IMG/VR virus record: IMGVR_UViG_3300028535_000001
Length of the DNA stretch: 64,000 nt
Reading direction: 5' to 3' (one strand)
Source of the DNA: a virus
The stretch's first letter is position 1. Every line of letters begins with the position of its first letter. This document shows positions 1 through 9,804 of the stretch, in pieces. A program made the position numbers and the translations under genes. The notes beneath the pieces were generated by a model. That model ran no database searches. It had not been told where the DNA came from and saw only the letters and a list, made by a program, of their open reading frames with translations.

Positions 1-1034
1 GCTGTGCTCTAATTAAAGGTCATGTATTAAGAAAAGTTGGTTATCCTTATTACACATATCATTCTGCATTAGATCATAAAAATACAGTATCCGAAGATGT
101 TGATTTTTGTAGAAAGGTACAGTTAAATGGTTTTAAAATTTTTGCTGATACTACAATACGTTGTGAACACACAGGAGCAAGTACATATAAAGTAGGAGAA
201 ATCCAAAACAACAAACCATTGATTGAGGAAGAGGTACGAGCACCTATTCAAATAGGAGGAGTTCCAAAAGCTACAGCTGTACCTGCACCTGTACAAAAAA
301 CATTGCACCCAAAAACTGCCAATCTTTCCAAGCCTTTGGCTAGATATGATGATAGTACATCTAAAAAAATAAAAAGAACTTATCCAGGTATTGATCCTAA
401 AACTGGTAAATATGCATTAGAAGTAAATGAAGGAGAGAAATTTACAGGCGATAGTGTAGAGTATACTTCATTAGCAGAAGCAGTACAAAGTTTAAAAAAT
501 CCTATTGGTGCTAGTGTAGAACTTGGCGTTAGATTAGGATTAGGTAGTAAAACTATTATAGACGCATATAGAAATTTTCATCCTAACATTAGATTAAATC
601 ATTTAGGTATAGACCCATATGGTGATATTGACTATGCAGCTTCTGATAGTGTATTGGCAAGAAAGTTTAACTATGATAACTTAATGAAAAAGACAACATT
701 AATAAACTTTGCTGAAGAATATCCAGAATTTCATCTAGTTAATTTTGAAGATACAGAATTTTTTAATAGATTTAGTGATGGTTATCCTGTTTATGAAGAA
801 AAGAAACATATGATAACTCATTATGAACTTGTTCACTTTGACGGTCCACATGATACTAAAAGTGTTATGAGAGAAGCCGTTTTCTTCAATCAAAAAAAAG
901 CAGATCAAACATTTTGGATATTTGATGATATTTCAGGTTTAAGATGGAGTGTTTTAAATGGCTTTATGGGAAAAGCAGGATTTAAACTTGTTAATAAAGG
1001 ATTGAATAAAGCTGTATACGAATATAATATTTAA
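1..1034 (+). CDS. Glycosyltransferase family 2 (C-terminal part) fused to class I SAM-dependent methyltransferase; 5'-truncated by window edge
   Basis: The frame of ORF 219..1034 is open back to position 3: CALIK...SEDVDFCRKVQLNGFKIFADTTIRCEH (GT2-type). It continues into VELGVRLG...GIDPY...VHFDGPH...IFDD (Methyltransf_24-like). Confidence 0.7.
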   Translation, partial: CALIKGHVLRKVGYPYYTYHSALDHKNTVSEDVDFCRKVQLNGFKIFADTTIRCEHTGASTYKVGEIQNNKPLIEEEVRAPIQIGGVPKATAVPAPVQKTLHPKTANLSKPLARYDDSTSKKIKRTYPGIDPKTGKYALEVNEGEKFTGDSVEYTSLAEAVQSLKNPIGASVELGVRLGLGSKTIIDAYRNFHPNIRLNHLGIDPYGDIDYAASDSVLARKFNYDNLMKKTTLINFAEEYPEFHLVNFEDTEFFNRFSDGYPVYEEKKHMITHYELVHFDGPHDTKSVMREAVFFNQKKADQTFWIFDDISGLRWSVLNGFMGKAGFKLVNKGLNKAVYEYNI

Positions 1035-1372
1035 AAAGCTTTTACTACAGACGGAGTCACAACAGCAATACCCTCTAATAAACGAGTAACCGTACTATCA
1101 GCGTGAGTAGCGACAACGTCAAATACCCAACGGCCTGGTGATAATGCTTTTGTTTGATCGGCAGTTAAACTTACAGTTACCACACCTTCTGTTGGATTAT
1201 CAACAGTACATGAAAATATTGTCCGAGGATACGTTGTTGCATATCCCTTAGCCAACTTACCCACCATTGTGAAACCAGTAAGATCGTAATCTGTACCGTC
1301 AGCATTAGTGACTTCTAGGTCGTAAGTAAAATTAGAGCCTTGATCTATTGTTAAATTTGCTATTCCTGCCAT
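1031..1372 (-). CDS. Small virion structural protein (T4-like marine phage family, ANLTIDQG motif)
   Basis: MAGIANLTIDQGSNF...DLTG...RLLEG.A.VTPSV pattern; late promoter TATAAATA immediately upstream. Confidence 0.6.
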   Translation of the reverse strand: MAGIANLTIDQGSNFTYDLEVTNADGTDYDLTGFTMVGKLAKGYATTYPRTIFSCTVDNPTEGVVTVSLTADQTKALSPGRWVFDVVATHADSTVTRLLEGIAVVTPSVVKAF

Positions 1373-1377
1373 ACCAT

Positions 1378-1385
1378 TATTTATA
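1378..1385 (-). promoter_or_regulatory. T4-type late promoter TATAAATA
   Basis: Exact consensus, 5 nt before the ATG at 1372. Confidence 0.75.
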
Positions 1386-1396
1386 ATGGAAATTTG

Positions 1397-2764
1397 TTAA
1401 GATTGTATGTGTAATTCGTTTTTCTTTTTAGGGTGTTCAAATCCAATTGATCTTCTATCTTCATTAAGTTTATCAGATTTATATCTTTCAATTTTTTCAA
1501 GACAATGTTCTTGGAATTGGTAACCTAGTTCAACTCCTAATTCATAAAGTTTTATAAATCTTTCAAATCTTATATCAAAATTAGAGTTTTTATTCTTCCA
1601 TTTAAAACCAAACTCACTATCAAATAACTCTCTATGTTCAAAATCTAATGGAGTATTTTTAAAAGTCATCATCACGTGGTGAGATATACTTATTAAATGT
1701 GAATACTTTTTATAATCTCTCAAAAGTTGTAGAGTATCTTCAAACATTTTTTCCGTTTCCGTAGGATATCCGACAATAAGTAAAAACTTCATAGTAATAT
1801 TCCGTTTTCCAAGGTTGTCAACAAAGTATTTTATATCTTCGTTTGTAAATTTTTTTCTCATATGATTTCTAACTTCTTCATTACCTGCCTCTAAACCCAT
1901 TTCTAAACCATTGCAACCAGAGTTTTTTAAATTATTAAAGTCTTCTTGTGAAAAAGTTTTGGCGGATCTAACAATGAACTGTGCCTCCCATTTTATTTTT
2001 TTAGGTCTACTTGATAACTCAGCACATAAGTCCCTAAAGTGTTTCATTGATCCATTAATTAATGAATCTGAAAAATGTATTTTTTTTGTGCCTGTTTGTT
2101 CAGAAACATGGTGCATTTCATCAGCGATTTTCTTACCTGTCTTCCATCTAAATTTAGGCCATATACTTGCAACATCACAAAAGGTACAGTTACGAACACA
2201 ACCTCTTGATCCTGATATTACAAATTTCCTATAATTTTGATGTTGTATTACGTCTGAATAATCTGGTGGTGGTAAGTCTTCTATGTTTTCAATTTGTACT
2301 GGTTTTTTTCCATTGATACCAGGATAATCAAAGTTGCCATTTAAAAATTCTCGTAAGGCATACTCTCCTTCTCCTGTTATATAATATTTTGTAGGCCAAT
2401 CTATATCAACTCCTGATCCACCATAAAATGCATTTTCAAATTTTTTACCTAACTTTAGGCCATCTTCTTTTTGCATAAAAGAAAATACTGATATACCTAA
2501 CCATCTAAAATTGTATTTGTTTATTTCTTTTTCAATGTTGTCTAGTGTATCATACATATGACCATCAATAACTTTAATTTTAAATCCTAATGGTTCTAGA
2601 TACCCTTTTAAAAAAGATGGACCAGGTGCCGGTTTAGATTTATCCATTCCTGGTAGTGACGTTATAACAGCGTCATATAATATATTTTCTTTAATAACTT
2701 CTCCTGCTCTAGGCCATCTTTCTTCAGCCGTAGGAAATCTATCAATCACTTGGCAATGCTCCAA
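1397..2764 (-). CDS. Cobalamin-binding (class B-like) radical SAM protein
   Basis: SRGCVRNCTFC CxxxCxxC motif; N-terminal B12-binding-like region (GISVFS...YGG...GEGE); GLEAG and IVGYPTET motifs. Confidence 0.85.
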   Translation of the reverse strand: MEHCQVIDRFPTAEERWPRAGEVIKENILYDAVITSLPGMDKSKPAPGPSFLKGYLEPLGFKIKVIDGHMYDTLDNIEKEINKYNFRWLGISVFSFMQKEDGLKLGKKFENAFYGGSGVDIDWPTKYYITGEGEYALREFLNGNFDYPGINGKKPVQIENIEDLPPPDYSDVIQHQNYRKFVISGSRGCVRNCTFCDVASIWPKFRWKTGKKIADEMHHVSEQTGTKKIHFSDSLINGSMKHFRDLCAELSSRPKKIKWEAQFIVRSAKTFSQEDFNNLKNSGCNGLEMGLEAGNEEVRNHMRKKFTNEDIKYFVDNLGKRNITMKFLLIVGYPTETEKMFEDTLQLLRDYKKYSHLISISHHVMMTFKNTPLDFEHRELFDSEFGFKWKNKNSNFDIRFERFIKLYELGVELGYQFQEHCLEKIERYKSDKLNEDRRSIGFEHPKKKNELHIQS

Positions 2765-3203
2765 CTATATGTGTTCTTAAACAATCTTTAGAACAATTTA
2801 ATGCTGTATGAAATTTTGTTGTATCAACAACATATGCCTCTCCTGTGGCTGGCAAATGTATTCTTTCATTATCAACTAATAAAAAACAATGTTCATGTGT
2901 GTTTACTGGTATGTGTAATCTTTTTGTTAAGTCAGCATGCCAAAGATAACATGCTTTAGGTTTCATTTTCATTATCCTTGTTCGTAATAGATTATGGTCA
3001 TCCATGATAGCGTTGATATAAGGGAGATCAAATAGTGGAACATTATACAAATGTTCAGCATTATCTATTTCATATCCTTTACCAGCGCCTGCTTGAGGAT
3101 CCATATCCTTGGAATCACCTTGTAAATATATTTGTTTACCATACTCTGGTAAACTTTCTACTTCTTTTTTAATTCTTTCTAAATCGTATTGATAAGTTTT
3201 CAT
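2742..3203 (-). CDS. Aspartyl/asparaginyl beta-hydroxylase-like 2OG-Fe(II) oxygenase
   Basis: WHAD..RLHIP...HTALN...RTHIV (HxD...H triad). Confidence 0.75.
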   Translation of the reverse strand: MKTYQYDLERIKKEVESLPEYGKQIYLQGDSKDMDPQAGAGKGYEIDNAEHLYNVPLFDLPYINAIMDDHNLLRTRIMKMKPKACYLWHADLTKRLHIPVNTHEHCFLLVDNERIHLPATGEAYVVDTTKFHTALNCSKDCLRTHIVGALPSD

Positions 3204-3358
3204 GCTTTACTTATAACTAATTTATCTTTAGCTGCTAGTTTTAATTTTTTTAAGGTTCTTATATCCGCCCAACTTTTTGGACCTCTTCTGATTTTTCGTT
3301 TCACTTCGGCTTCATTAACTTGTTTTTTTAACTCTTTATGTTTTTCTTTTACCGTCAT
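3200..3358 (-). CDS. Small basic coiled-coil protein, DUF465/YdcH-like (52 aa, not in ORF track)
   Basis: MTVKEKHKELKKQV...LKKLKLAAKDKL; GGAGG RBS; ATGA overlap with the next gene. Confidence 0.7.
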   Translation of the reverse strand: MTVKEKHKELKKQVNEAEVKRKIRRGPKSWADIRTLKKLKLAAKDKLVISKA

Positions 3359-3381
3359 TTGGCCTCCATTCTCTATACAAG

Positions 3382-3402
3382 TATTTATACGCCTTATAAA
3401 TA
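3382..3402. promoter_or_regulatory. Back-to-back divergent late promoters (TATAAATA on - at 3382-3389, on + at 3395-3402)
   Basis: Two exact consensus boxes at the strand switch of the accessory island. Confidence 0.75.
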
Positions 3403-3444
3403 TGACCAGGTTGCCAAAAATAGAAAAAAATGTTAATATAATAT

Positions 3445-4320
3445 ATGACCAGATTAAATATAATTGTCACAAGTAAACCTGGAGATGGACTATTACACTA
3501 TAGTTATGAACAATGTAGCTATTTAAAAAAACTAGGAATTGACGCAAGAGTTGTGGTAATACCACACCCAAAATATTCAGAAGAATCTTATATAACTGCA
3601 ATGTCAGAAAAGTATATAAATTATGAACCTATGTATTTTGATTATGAAGAAAATGAAAAAGAAGTCAATTTAATTATGGGTAGAAGTATGATAACTCTAG
3701 CATATAGGAGTATTAAAGATTACGATAAAGATACACAATTGACTTTACGTTTATTATTTAAACTACCTCTTATATCTGTTTATTCAGAAAACCACCCAAA
3801 AGATTATCCATTAGCATTAGAATTTTTTAAACCTAAAAAAATAATTGACTTATGCGATCACGAAGTTTATACCAATGGTGTAGGTAGACAATTTGAAAAA
3901 ATTATTAACTATAGTGTATATAAACCTATAGTAAAAGATGTCAAGTTTAAATATCTATTTTTAGGCACAAATGAAAGTTATTATACTGAAATAAAAAAAC
4001 ATATTCATAAGTATCAAAATCATGGTATCCTGGCATACAAAGATAAGTACATTGATTATAATTTAAATCACGTATTTGTACCTGTAAAAAATTTATTAGG
4101 TATGTTTGATACTTACGTTTATACTAAACATACTTTTGATCCGGCACCAAGATTAATGCAAGAGTGTCGTTTCTTTGGAATGAATTTTATATATGCAAGA
4201 GATAAAAATATTAAAGACGGAGGACCTGTTTACTATAAAAGGCCTGCTAACTGTCTTACTGATCCTGTTAATAAACCAAATATAGAAGTAATTATAAAGG
4301 CAATGAATGACCTATTTTAA
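3445..4320 (+). CDS. Putative GT-B fold glycosyltransferase-like protein
   Basis: C-terminal FDTYVY...DPAPRLMQECRFFG resembles the GT-B donor-binding motif; located among sugar enzymes. Confidence 0.4.
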   Translation: MTRLNIIVTSKPGDGLLHYSYEQCSYLKKLGIDARVVVIPHPKYSEESYITAMSEKYINYEPMYFDYEENEKEVNLIMGRSMITLAYRSIKDYDKDTQLTLRLLFKLPLISVYSENHPKDYPLALEFFKPKKIIDLCDHEVYTNGVGRQFEKIINYSVYKPIVKDVKFKYLFLGTNESYYTEIKKHIHKYQNHGILAYKDKYIDYNLNHVFVPVKNLLGMFDTYVYTKHTFDPAPRLMQECRFFGMNFIYARDKNIKDGGPVYYKRPANCLTDPVNKPNIEVIIKAMNDLF

Positions 4321-4972
4321 AACTAGAACAACAATAAATGTAGACTCTTCTCATAGATGTCCTTTAGAATGTCCTAATTGCCAAAGACAAACTGCTTTTA
4401 CATTTAGAGGTAAAGTGGTTCATGGCCGTGATTTAAAAATGGATGAAATAGAAAAATTAGCAAAACATTTTAAGTCTTTTGATTTCTGTGGACAATTATC
4501 TGATCCAATACATCACCCTAAATTTCCTACAATATTAAATAGATTACATGAACTTGAAATACCGGAAGTTTTAGTACACAATGCCTCTACAGCAAAACCT
4601 ATGGCATGGTACATTAAATCTTGGAAAGCAAATCCAAATGCTTTGTGGACTTTTGCGTGTGACGGTTTACCTAAAGATAGTCACAAGTATAGGAAAAATC
4701 AAAACGGGGAAAAAATGTTTGAAATAATGAAAGAGTCAATTAAACATTTAAATACAATACCAATATGGCAGTTTATAATATTTAATTATAATGAAAATGA
4801 TATAGAAGAAGCTAAGATTATGGCTAATAGTAATGGAATAGATTTTCTGTTAACACAATCTTCCAGATGGAAAGATAGAGACGGAAAACCAGACCCATTG
4901 TTACCAACAGGAAAATATAAACCAGTATTAAAAAATAAATTACCAGGCAGGAGATTATATGAAGAATATTAA
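4307..4972 (+). CDS. Short radical SAM protein (paralogue 1)
   Basis: RCPLECPNCQR CxxxCxxC; FCGQLSDP; DG motif. Confidence 0.85.
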   Translation: MTYFKTRTTINVDSSHRCPLECPNCQRQTAFTFRGKVVHGRDLKMDEIEKLAKHFKSFDFCGQLSDPIHHPKFPTILNRLHELEIPEVLVHNASTAKPMAWYIKSWKANPNALWTFACDGLPKDSHKYRKNQNGEKMFEIMKESIKHLNTIPIWQFIIFNYNENDIEEAKIMANSNGIDFLLTQSSRWKDRDGKPDPLLPTGKYKPVLKNKLPGRRLYEEY

Positions 4973-5342
4973 ATTGAGACCTCGCTGTCTTCCTAATCCA
5001 GATGATCCAAATTATATAGAAATGCCTGTAGCAATAAACAATAGAGGTTATTTGTTACCTTGTTGTTGGTGTGATGAAAGAGTTGTGACTAATAGTGAAA
5101 AGTTTAAAAAAATATATGACGTAAGTAAACTTGAAAACTTTGATACAGTTAAACAATTGATGGATCAACCAGAATGGAAAGAATTTGAAAATGATTTAAT
5201 CAGAGCTAGAGACGTAGGAGATAATCTAGAAAAAATAAATGGTGTCTGTATTCATCACTGTAAAACAAGAGAAGAAGCAGATAAGATAAAAGTAGAAACA
5301 ACATTTAGAGACGGAAAAGAATTAAAGAAAGAAACGAAATAA
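4959..5342 (+). CDS. Stand-alone SPASM/twitch-like Fe-S protein (partner 1)
   Basis: C...AINNRGYLLPCCWCD...CIHHC; own GGAG RBS. Confidence 0.65.
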   Translation: MKNIKLRPRCLPNPDDPNYIEMPVAINNRGYLLPCCWCDERVVTNSEKFKKIYDVSKLENFDTVKQLMDQPEWKEFENDLIRARDVGDNLEKINGVCIHHCKTREEADKIKVETTFRDGKELKKETK

Positions 5343-5527
5343 TGGTATTCAGTATTAGCAGTCATCAAATATATCGTTTTCCTTGTATAGGTGTTTGTAG
5401 TATTGATGTAAATAGTGGTTACTGTTTAGGTTGTAGTCGTACTGAAAAAGAAGTGTACAAATGGGAAGATACAAACACAACCGATGAATGGAAAAAGAAA
5501 AACGAAGAAGAATTAAAAAATAGATAA
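5342..5527 (+). CDS. DUF1289-family Cys-rich small protein
   Basis: PCIGVCSID...GYCLGCSRT..E...W signature. Confidence 0.8.
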   Translation: MVFSISSHQIYRFPCIGVCSIDVNSGYCLGCSRTEKEVYKWEDTNTTDEWKKKNEEELKNR

Positions 5528-5531
5528 AATA

Positions 5532-6170
5532 ATGGAGAGATATTTTAAAAAAAGACGTAGGTTAAATTTAGATGTGACCCATAGATGTCCTCTTGAATGT
5601 CCTAACTGTCAAAGACAAACATCGTTTACCAATGATGGTTTGGTACCTCATGGACGTGATCTAACGTTAGATGAATTAGATATGATAGCAAAACATTTTA
5701 TAGATATTGGTTTTTGTGGACAGTTATCGGATCCAGTACATCACCCTAAATTTAATGAAATAATGAAAATGCTTAAAGATGTGCCAGAGGTTTTTGTTCA
5801 TAATGCAGCTACAGCTAAACCTATATCTTGGTATATTAAATCTTGGCAGGCAAATCCAAAAGCAGTTTGGATATTTGCTTGTGATGGTCTTCCTAAAGAC
5901 AGCCATAAATATAGGAAGAATCAAGATGGTATTAAAATGTTTGAGATAATGAAAGAGGCCAAAAAACACTTATTGAGTACACCAGTGTGGCAATATATTA
6001 GATTTAAATATAATGAAAACGATATTGAAACAGCAAAGAAAATGGCCGAAGATGAAGGATTAAGTTTTATACAAATAGAATCTTCAAGGTGGTTGGGTGA
6101 TGATGATCCTTTTAAACCTACAAACTCATTAAAATCAAAGGCGGCTGTTTATAAAGGTACAACTAAATGA
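5532..6170 (+). CDS. Short radical SAM protein (paralogue 2)
   Basis: RCPLECPNCQRQ; near-identical motifs to 4307..4972. Confidence 0.85.
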   Translation: MERYFKKRRRLNLDVTHRCPLECPNCQRQTSFTNDGLVPHGRDLTLDELDMIAKHFIDIGFCGQLSDPVHHPKFNEIMKMLKDVPEVFVHNAATAKPISWYIKSWQANPKAVWIFACDGLPKDSHKYRKNQDGIKMFEIMKEAKKHLLSTPVWQYIRFKYNENDIETAKKMAEDEGLSFIQIESSRWLGDDDPFKPTNSLKSKAAVYKGTTK

Positions 6171-6541
6171 AATTAAAACCTAAATGTTTACCTGATCCAG
6201 ATAACAAAGACTTTCAACCTATGCCTTTGGCAATAGATAATAGAGGTCATTTAATACCTTGTTGTTGGTGCGATCACCCTAAAACAACAAAGGCTGAGTT
6301 ATATAAACCTCTTTATAAAGTTAGTAAGCTTAAAGATTATAATAGTATAGATGAAATACTTGATACAAAAGAATGGAAACAATTTGAAGATGATCTAGTC
6401 CAAGCTAGAGATATAGGAGACAACATAAATAGAATTAACCAAACTTGTCTCTTTCATTGTAAGGCAAGAAAGTCAGATGACAATATAAAAATTGAAACTT
6501 ATTATGAAAAAGGTAAAGAAGTAGCGAAGGATATTAAATAA
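6167..6541 (+). CDS. Stand-alone SPASM/twitch-like Fe-S protein (partner 2)
   Basis: C...AIDNRGHLIPCCWCD...CLFHC; paralogue of 4959..5342. Confidence 0.65.
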   Translation: MKLKPKCLPDPDNKDFQPMPLAIDNRGHLIPCCWCDHPKTTKAELYKPLYKVSKLKDYNSIDEILDTKEWKQFEDDLVQARDIGDNINRINQTCLFHCKARKSDDNIKIETYYEKGKEVAKDIK

Positions 6542-7593
6542 TGGACGCATGGCATAAAGAATATGAATGGAACAAAGATGAATATATTAAACTCTTTGAT
6601 GAAGCAATGCAAGAAAAACAGGAACAAAATATAGAGTTCCTAGAAAAAACAATAACAAACACAATTGGAAGAAAATATGCTGTTGCTTGTCAAAACGGTA
6701 CAGACGCCTTAATGTTTTCTTTAATAACATTAGGAATAAAACCAGGTGATGAAGTAATAACAACAAACTTTTCTTGGATATCAACAGCGTCTTGTATATC
6801 TATGGTAGGTGCTAAACCTGTGTTTTGTGATATTGATTTAAAAAACTATCATATGACATTAGATAGTATAAAAAGAATGTATCAACCTGAAGTAAAAGCA
6901 ATTGTTTATCCTCATTTATTTGGCAACATGTCTAATATAACAGATATATTAGAATTTTGTAAAGAGAAAAATATATTTTTTATTGAAGACGCAGCTCAAG
7001 CCATAGGATCAAGTATCAATGGTGTAAAAGCAGGTACACTAGGAGATTTCAGTACTATAAGTTTCAATGCAAACAAAACTATTGGTGGTATCGCTGGTGG
7101 AGGAGTTGTACTAACAGATAACAAAGAACATGCCGATACAATAATAAAATTAAGAAAACATGGTAACCACGAAATGTTAGGATACAATTCTAAAATGTTA
7201 TTTTTTAATGCCAAGTTTATTGATTATAGATTAAAAAAATTAAATGTATATGTAGAAAGAAAACAAATCGTAGCAAAACTATATGATAATCATTTACAAG
7301 ATTACGTACAGGTACAAAAAACTACAAATGGAGTTAATCATACTTATCACAAATATATTATAAGGTTTGAAGATAAAGAAACAAGAAATAGAGTAAAGAA
7401 AAGAATAAATGCAAATGTTCATTATGAAAAACCTCTTTCAGAAAGACCTATGTACAAGAGTATAGATCATAGAAGTGATAATTGTATTAATTGTAAAACA
7501 ACCGGTGATACAATTTTAACCTTACCAATTGACCCATACTTAACAAAAGAAGAAATAGATAAAACGTGTAATACAATATTAGCCTCATTATGA
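6541..7593 (+). CDS. DegT/DnrJ/EryC1/StrS PLP-dependent sugar aminotransferase
   Basis: NGTDAL, GDEVIT, IEDAAQAIG, SFNANKTIGG motifs. Confidence 0.92.
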   Translation: MDAWHKEYEWNKDEYIKLFDEAMQEKQEQNIEFLEKTITNTIGRKYAVACQNGTDALMFSLITLGIKPGDEVITTNFSWISTASCISMVGAKPVFCDIDLKNYHMTLDSIKRMYQPEVKAIVYPHLFGNMSNITDILEFCKEKNIFFIEDAAQAIGSSINGVKAGTLGDFSTISFNANKTIGGIAGGGVVLTDNKEHADTIIKLRKHGNHEMLGYNSKMLFFNAKFIDYRLKKLNVYVERKQIVAKLYDNHLQDYVQVQKTTNGVNHTYHKYIIRFEDKETRNRVKKRINANVHYEKPLSERPMYKSIDHRSDNCINCKTTGDTILTLPIDPYLTKEEIDKTCNTILASL

Positions 7594-7898
7594 TAGAAAT
7601 AATAGCAAGTCCAGATTTAGATAAAATTAGTTATATTGACAGTAACGAAAATCCTGTTCCTATAACAGATCAAAATCTTATCAAGACTTGTCAAATGATG
7701 AAAAGAATATTAGGCACTAGTGATATATTTGATGAGAAATTAATTAATGAATATAATGAACCAGTGTATGAATATATTGTTGAGAAAACTTATATAATGC
7801 CAGAGTATGATTATGGTCCAGTATATTTTAAAGATAAACCAAAACAAAAAATGAAGATTGCATTTAATAAATTATTTTATGAAAAAATTAATAGTTAG
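7590..7898 (+). CDS. Hypothetical protein
   Basis: 102-aa ORF coupled by ATGA overlap. Confidence 0.6.
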   Translation: MIEIIASPDLDKISYIDSNENPVPITDQNLIKTCQMMKRILGTSDIFDEKLINEYNEPVYEYIVEKTYIMPEYDYGPVYFKDKPKQKMKIAFNKLFYEKINS

Positions 7899-8679
7899 TG
7901 GAGATAGTTTTACAGATTTAGATTTTGAATCTATGCCCCACCCTACATGGGACGTCTCATGGCCAAAATGGCCTGAACATTTAGCAAAACATTTAGGTAT
8001 GGAACTAGTTTGTTTAGCTAAAGGTGGGCAAGGCAATCAATTTATATACAGCACACTATTAGATGAAATAACTAAAACAAGAAAGGATGAAATAGGTATG
8101 GTTATAGCTGCATGGTCTCAATGTCATAGAAAAGATTGGGAAATAGGCCATGTAACTGGTAGTTTAAATAATCCCTACGATAGAAAAGGTAAATTATGGA
8201 GATCAAAACTAGTAGATGAAGACGGCGATCTACCAAATTGGGTAACTAAAAGTTTAAGAACATTTTTAAGTTTTCAGATACTTTGTGAAAGATACAACCT
8301 ACCTTACTATCATTTTCAAATGACATCATTATTTGAGCAATATCTTTATGGACCAATTTATAATTATGAATTAATAGAAGGAAAAAAATACAAAGTAAAA
8401 AAAAGCGATGGAGTTTTTGATAAAAAAAAATATATAATAAGAATACTACAAAGGGTAAGTGAATATGGGAAATGGATAAATAAATTCATAGGTTGGCCAG
8501 GACTAGAAGACCAATTTGATATGGCTGGATTCAATATGGCCCAACACATATTAGGTAGAGATCAAGAAACTAAAATAGCAAACGGTACTATAATATCTGA
8601 ACAAGATATTCATCCGAATGCAAAAGGACATAAATTAATTGCTACATTTTTAGCAAATTATATAGAGGAGAAAAAATGA
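7879..8679 (+). CDS. SGNH/GDSL-like hydrolase or acyltransferase
   Basis: GDSFT block I, G.GN block II, DIHPNAKGH block V; start reassigned to MKKLIV. Confidence 0.75.
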   Translation: MKKLIVSGDSFTDLDFESMPHPTWDVSWPKWPEHLAKHLGMELVCLAKGGQGNQFIYSTLLDEITKTRKDEIGMVIAAWSQCHRKDWEIGHVTGSLNNPYDRKGKLWRSKLVDEDGDLPNWVTKSLRTFLSFQILCERYNLPYYHFQMTSLFEQYLYGPIYNYELIEGKKYKVKKSDGVFDKKKYIIRILQRVSEYGKWINKFIGWPGLEDQFDMAGFNMAQHILGRDQETKIANGTIISEQDIHPNAKGHKLIATFLANYIEEKK

Positions 8680-8885
8680 ATATTTTTAGAAAATTAAAAA
8701 ATTTATTCTTTTCAAATGCTTTAGTATTAACAAATGAAGTTAAGAAAATTGATATTAAAGGTTTAGCAAAGAAGTCTAAAATAGAGTTAGAGAAGATAGG
8801 TAGAAAAATTGGTATTGAATTAGATAGAAGATTTACCAAAGATAAACTTATCAAGTTAATCAAAAAACAAAATAAAAAATTATAA
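8676..8885 (+). CDS. Small basic hypothetical protein
   Basis: 69 aa; GAGGAG RBS; ELEKIGRKIGIELDRR motif. Confidence 0.6.
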   Translation: MNIFRKLKNLFFSNALVLTNEVKKIDIKGLAKKSKIELEKIGRKIGIELDRRFTKDKLIKLIKKQNKKL

Positions 8886-8901
8886 TATTGAGGAATATAT
8901 A

Positions 8902-9792
8902 ATGTCTATAACTTATGATGATAAAGAAATTGAGTTTTTTAACTTTCCAATAAAGCAAGTCATACTAGCCTTATCAGGCGGAACGGATTCAGCTGCTATT
9001 CTTTATTTAATATGTAAAAAATTTCCAGAAATAGAAATTATACCATATAATTGTCAAGATGTTAATAATCCATATGACATACAGGCAGCCGAAAAAATTA
9101 TAGAAATTGTTAAAGGTAAGTTTCCTAATAATAATATTAGAGATTTGGTAAGAGGAACTTATAATGATGGTGACGATTCACTCTTTCCAGAGGCAATAGA
9201 AGCCATTAAAAGAAGGCCAGAATGGTCTACCGAACAAGATAAAGCAGATGGTACAAAGTCTGAACATTTAGCTTTATTAAAAAAATATTGTCCTAGTAGA
9301 CATACTTTAGAGTATTATATTGAATATTTTAACCGGAAGAATGTATTATTAACACTTACCATTTTAAATAGAGTGACAAAAACTTTATTTTTAAATAAAT
9401 TAAAAGATGAATTACGTGTCAAATATATTGATGGTCCGTTGGACAACAGGCTCCTGGTGGCTCCTGACTCATACCATGTAAATGGTATGACCAATAATCC
9501 ACCAATAGAAGTACAAAAAAAATATCCTGTAATGCTTCAATGGGCTGAAACAAGAAGAAACCCTAGTGATAAAATTAGAAACACAAGAGATTATAGGACG
9601 TATTATCCTTTTGCTAATGTTGATAAAAAGTTTATAGCAGCTATATTTAAGGATGAAAAATTAATGGAGACTATATTTCCTCTCACAAGATCATGTGTAG
9701 GTATAGCAGAATTAACTGATAACTATACGAAAGAATGCCACCAATGTTTTTGGTGTTATGAAAAAAAATGGGCGTTTGATTTAAAATGGTAA
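8902..9792 (+). CDS. QueC-like PP-loop ATPase (paralogue 1)
   Basis: LSGGTDS PP-loop; C-terminal TRSC...CHQCFWC Zn motif. Confidence 0.75.
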   Translation: MSITYDDKEIEFFNFPIKQVILALSGGTDSAAILYLICKKFPEIEIIPYNCQDVNNPYDIQAAEKIIEIVKGKFPNNNIRDLVRGTYNDGDDSLFPEAIEAIKRRPEWSTEQDKADGTKSEHLALLKKYCPSRHTLEYYIEYFNRKNVLLTLTILNRVTKTLFLNKLKDELRVKYIDGPLDNRLLVAPDSYHVNGMTNNPPIEVQKKYPVMLQWAETRRNPSDKIRNTRDYRTYYPFANVDKKFIAAIFKDEKLMETIFPLTRSCVGIAELTDNYTKECHQCFWCYEKKWAFDLKW

Positions 9793-9804
9793 TAAATATT
9801 AATA

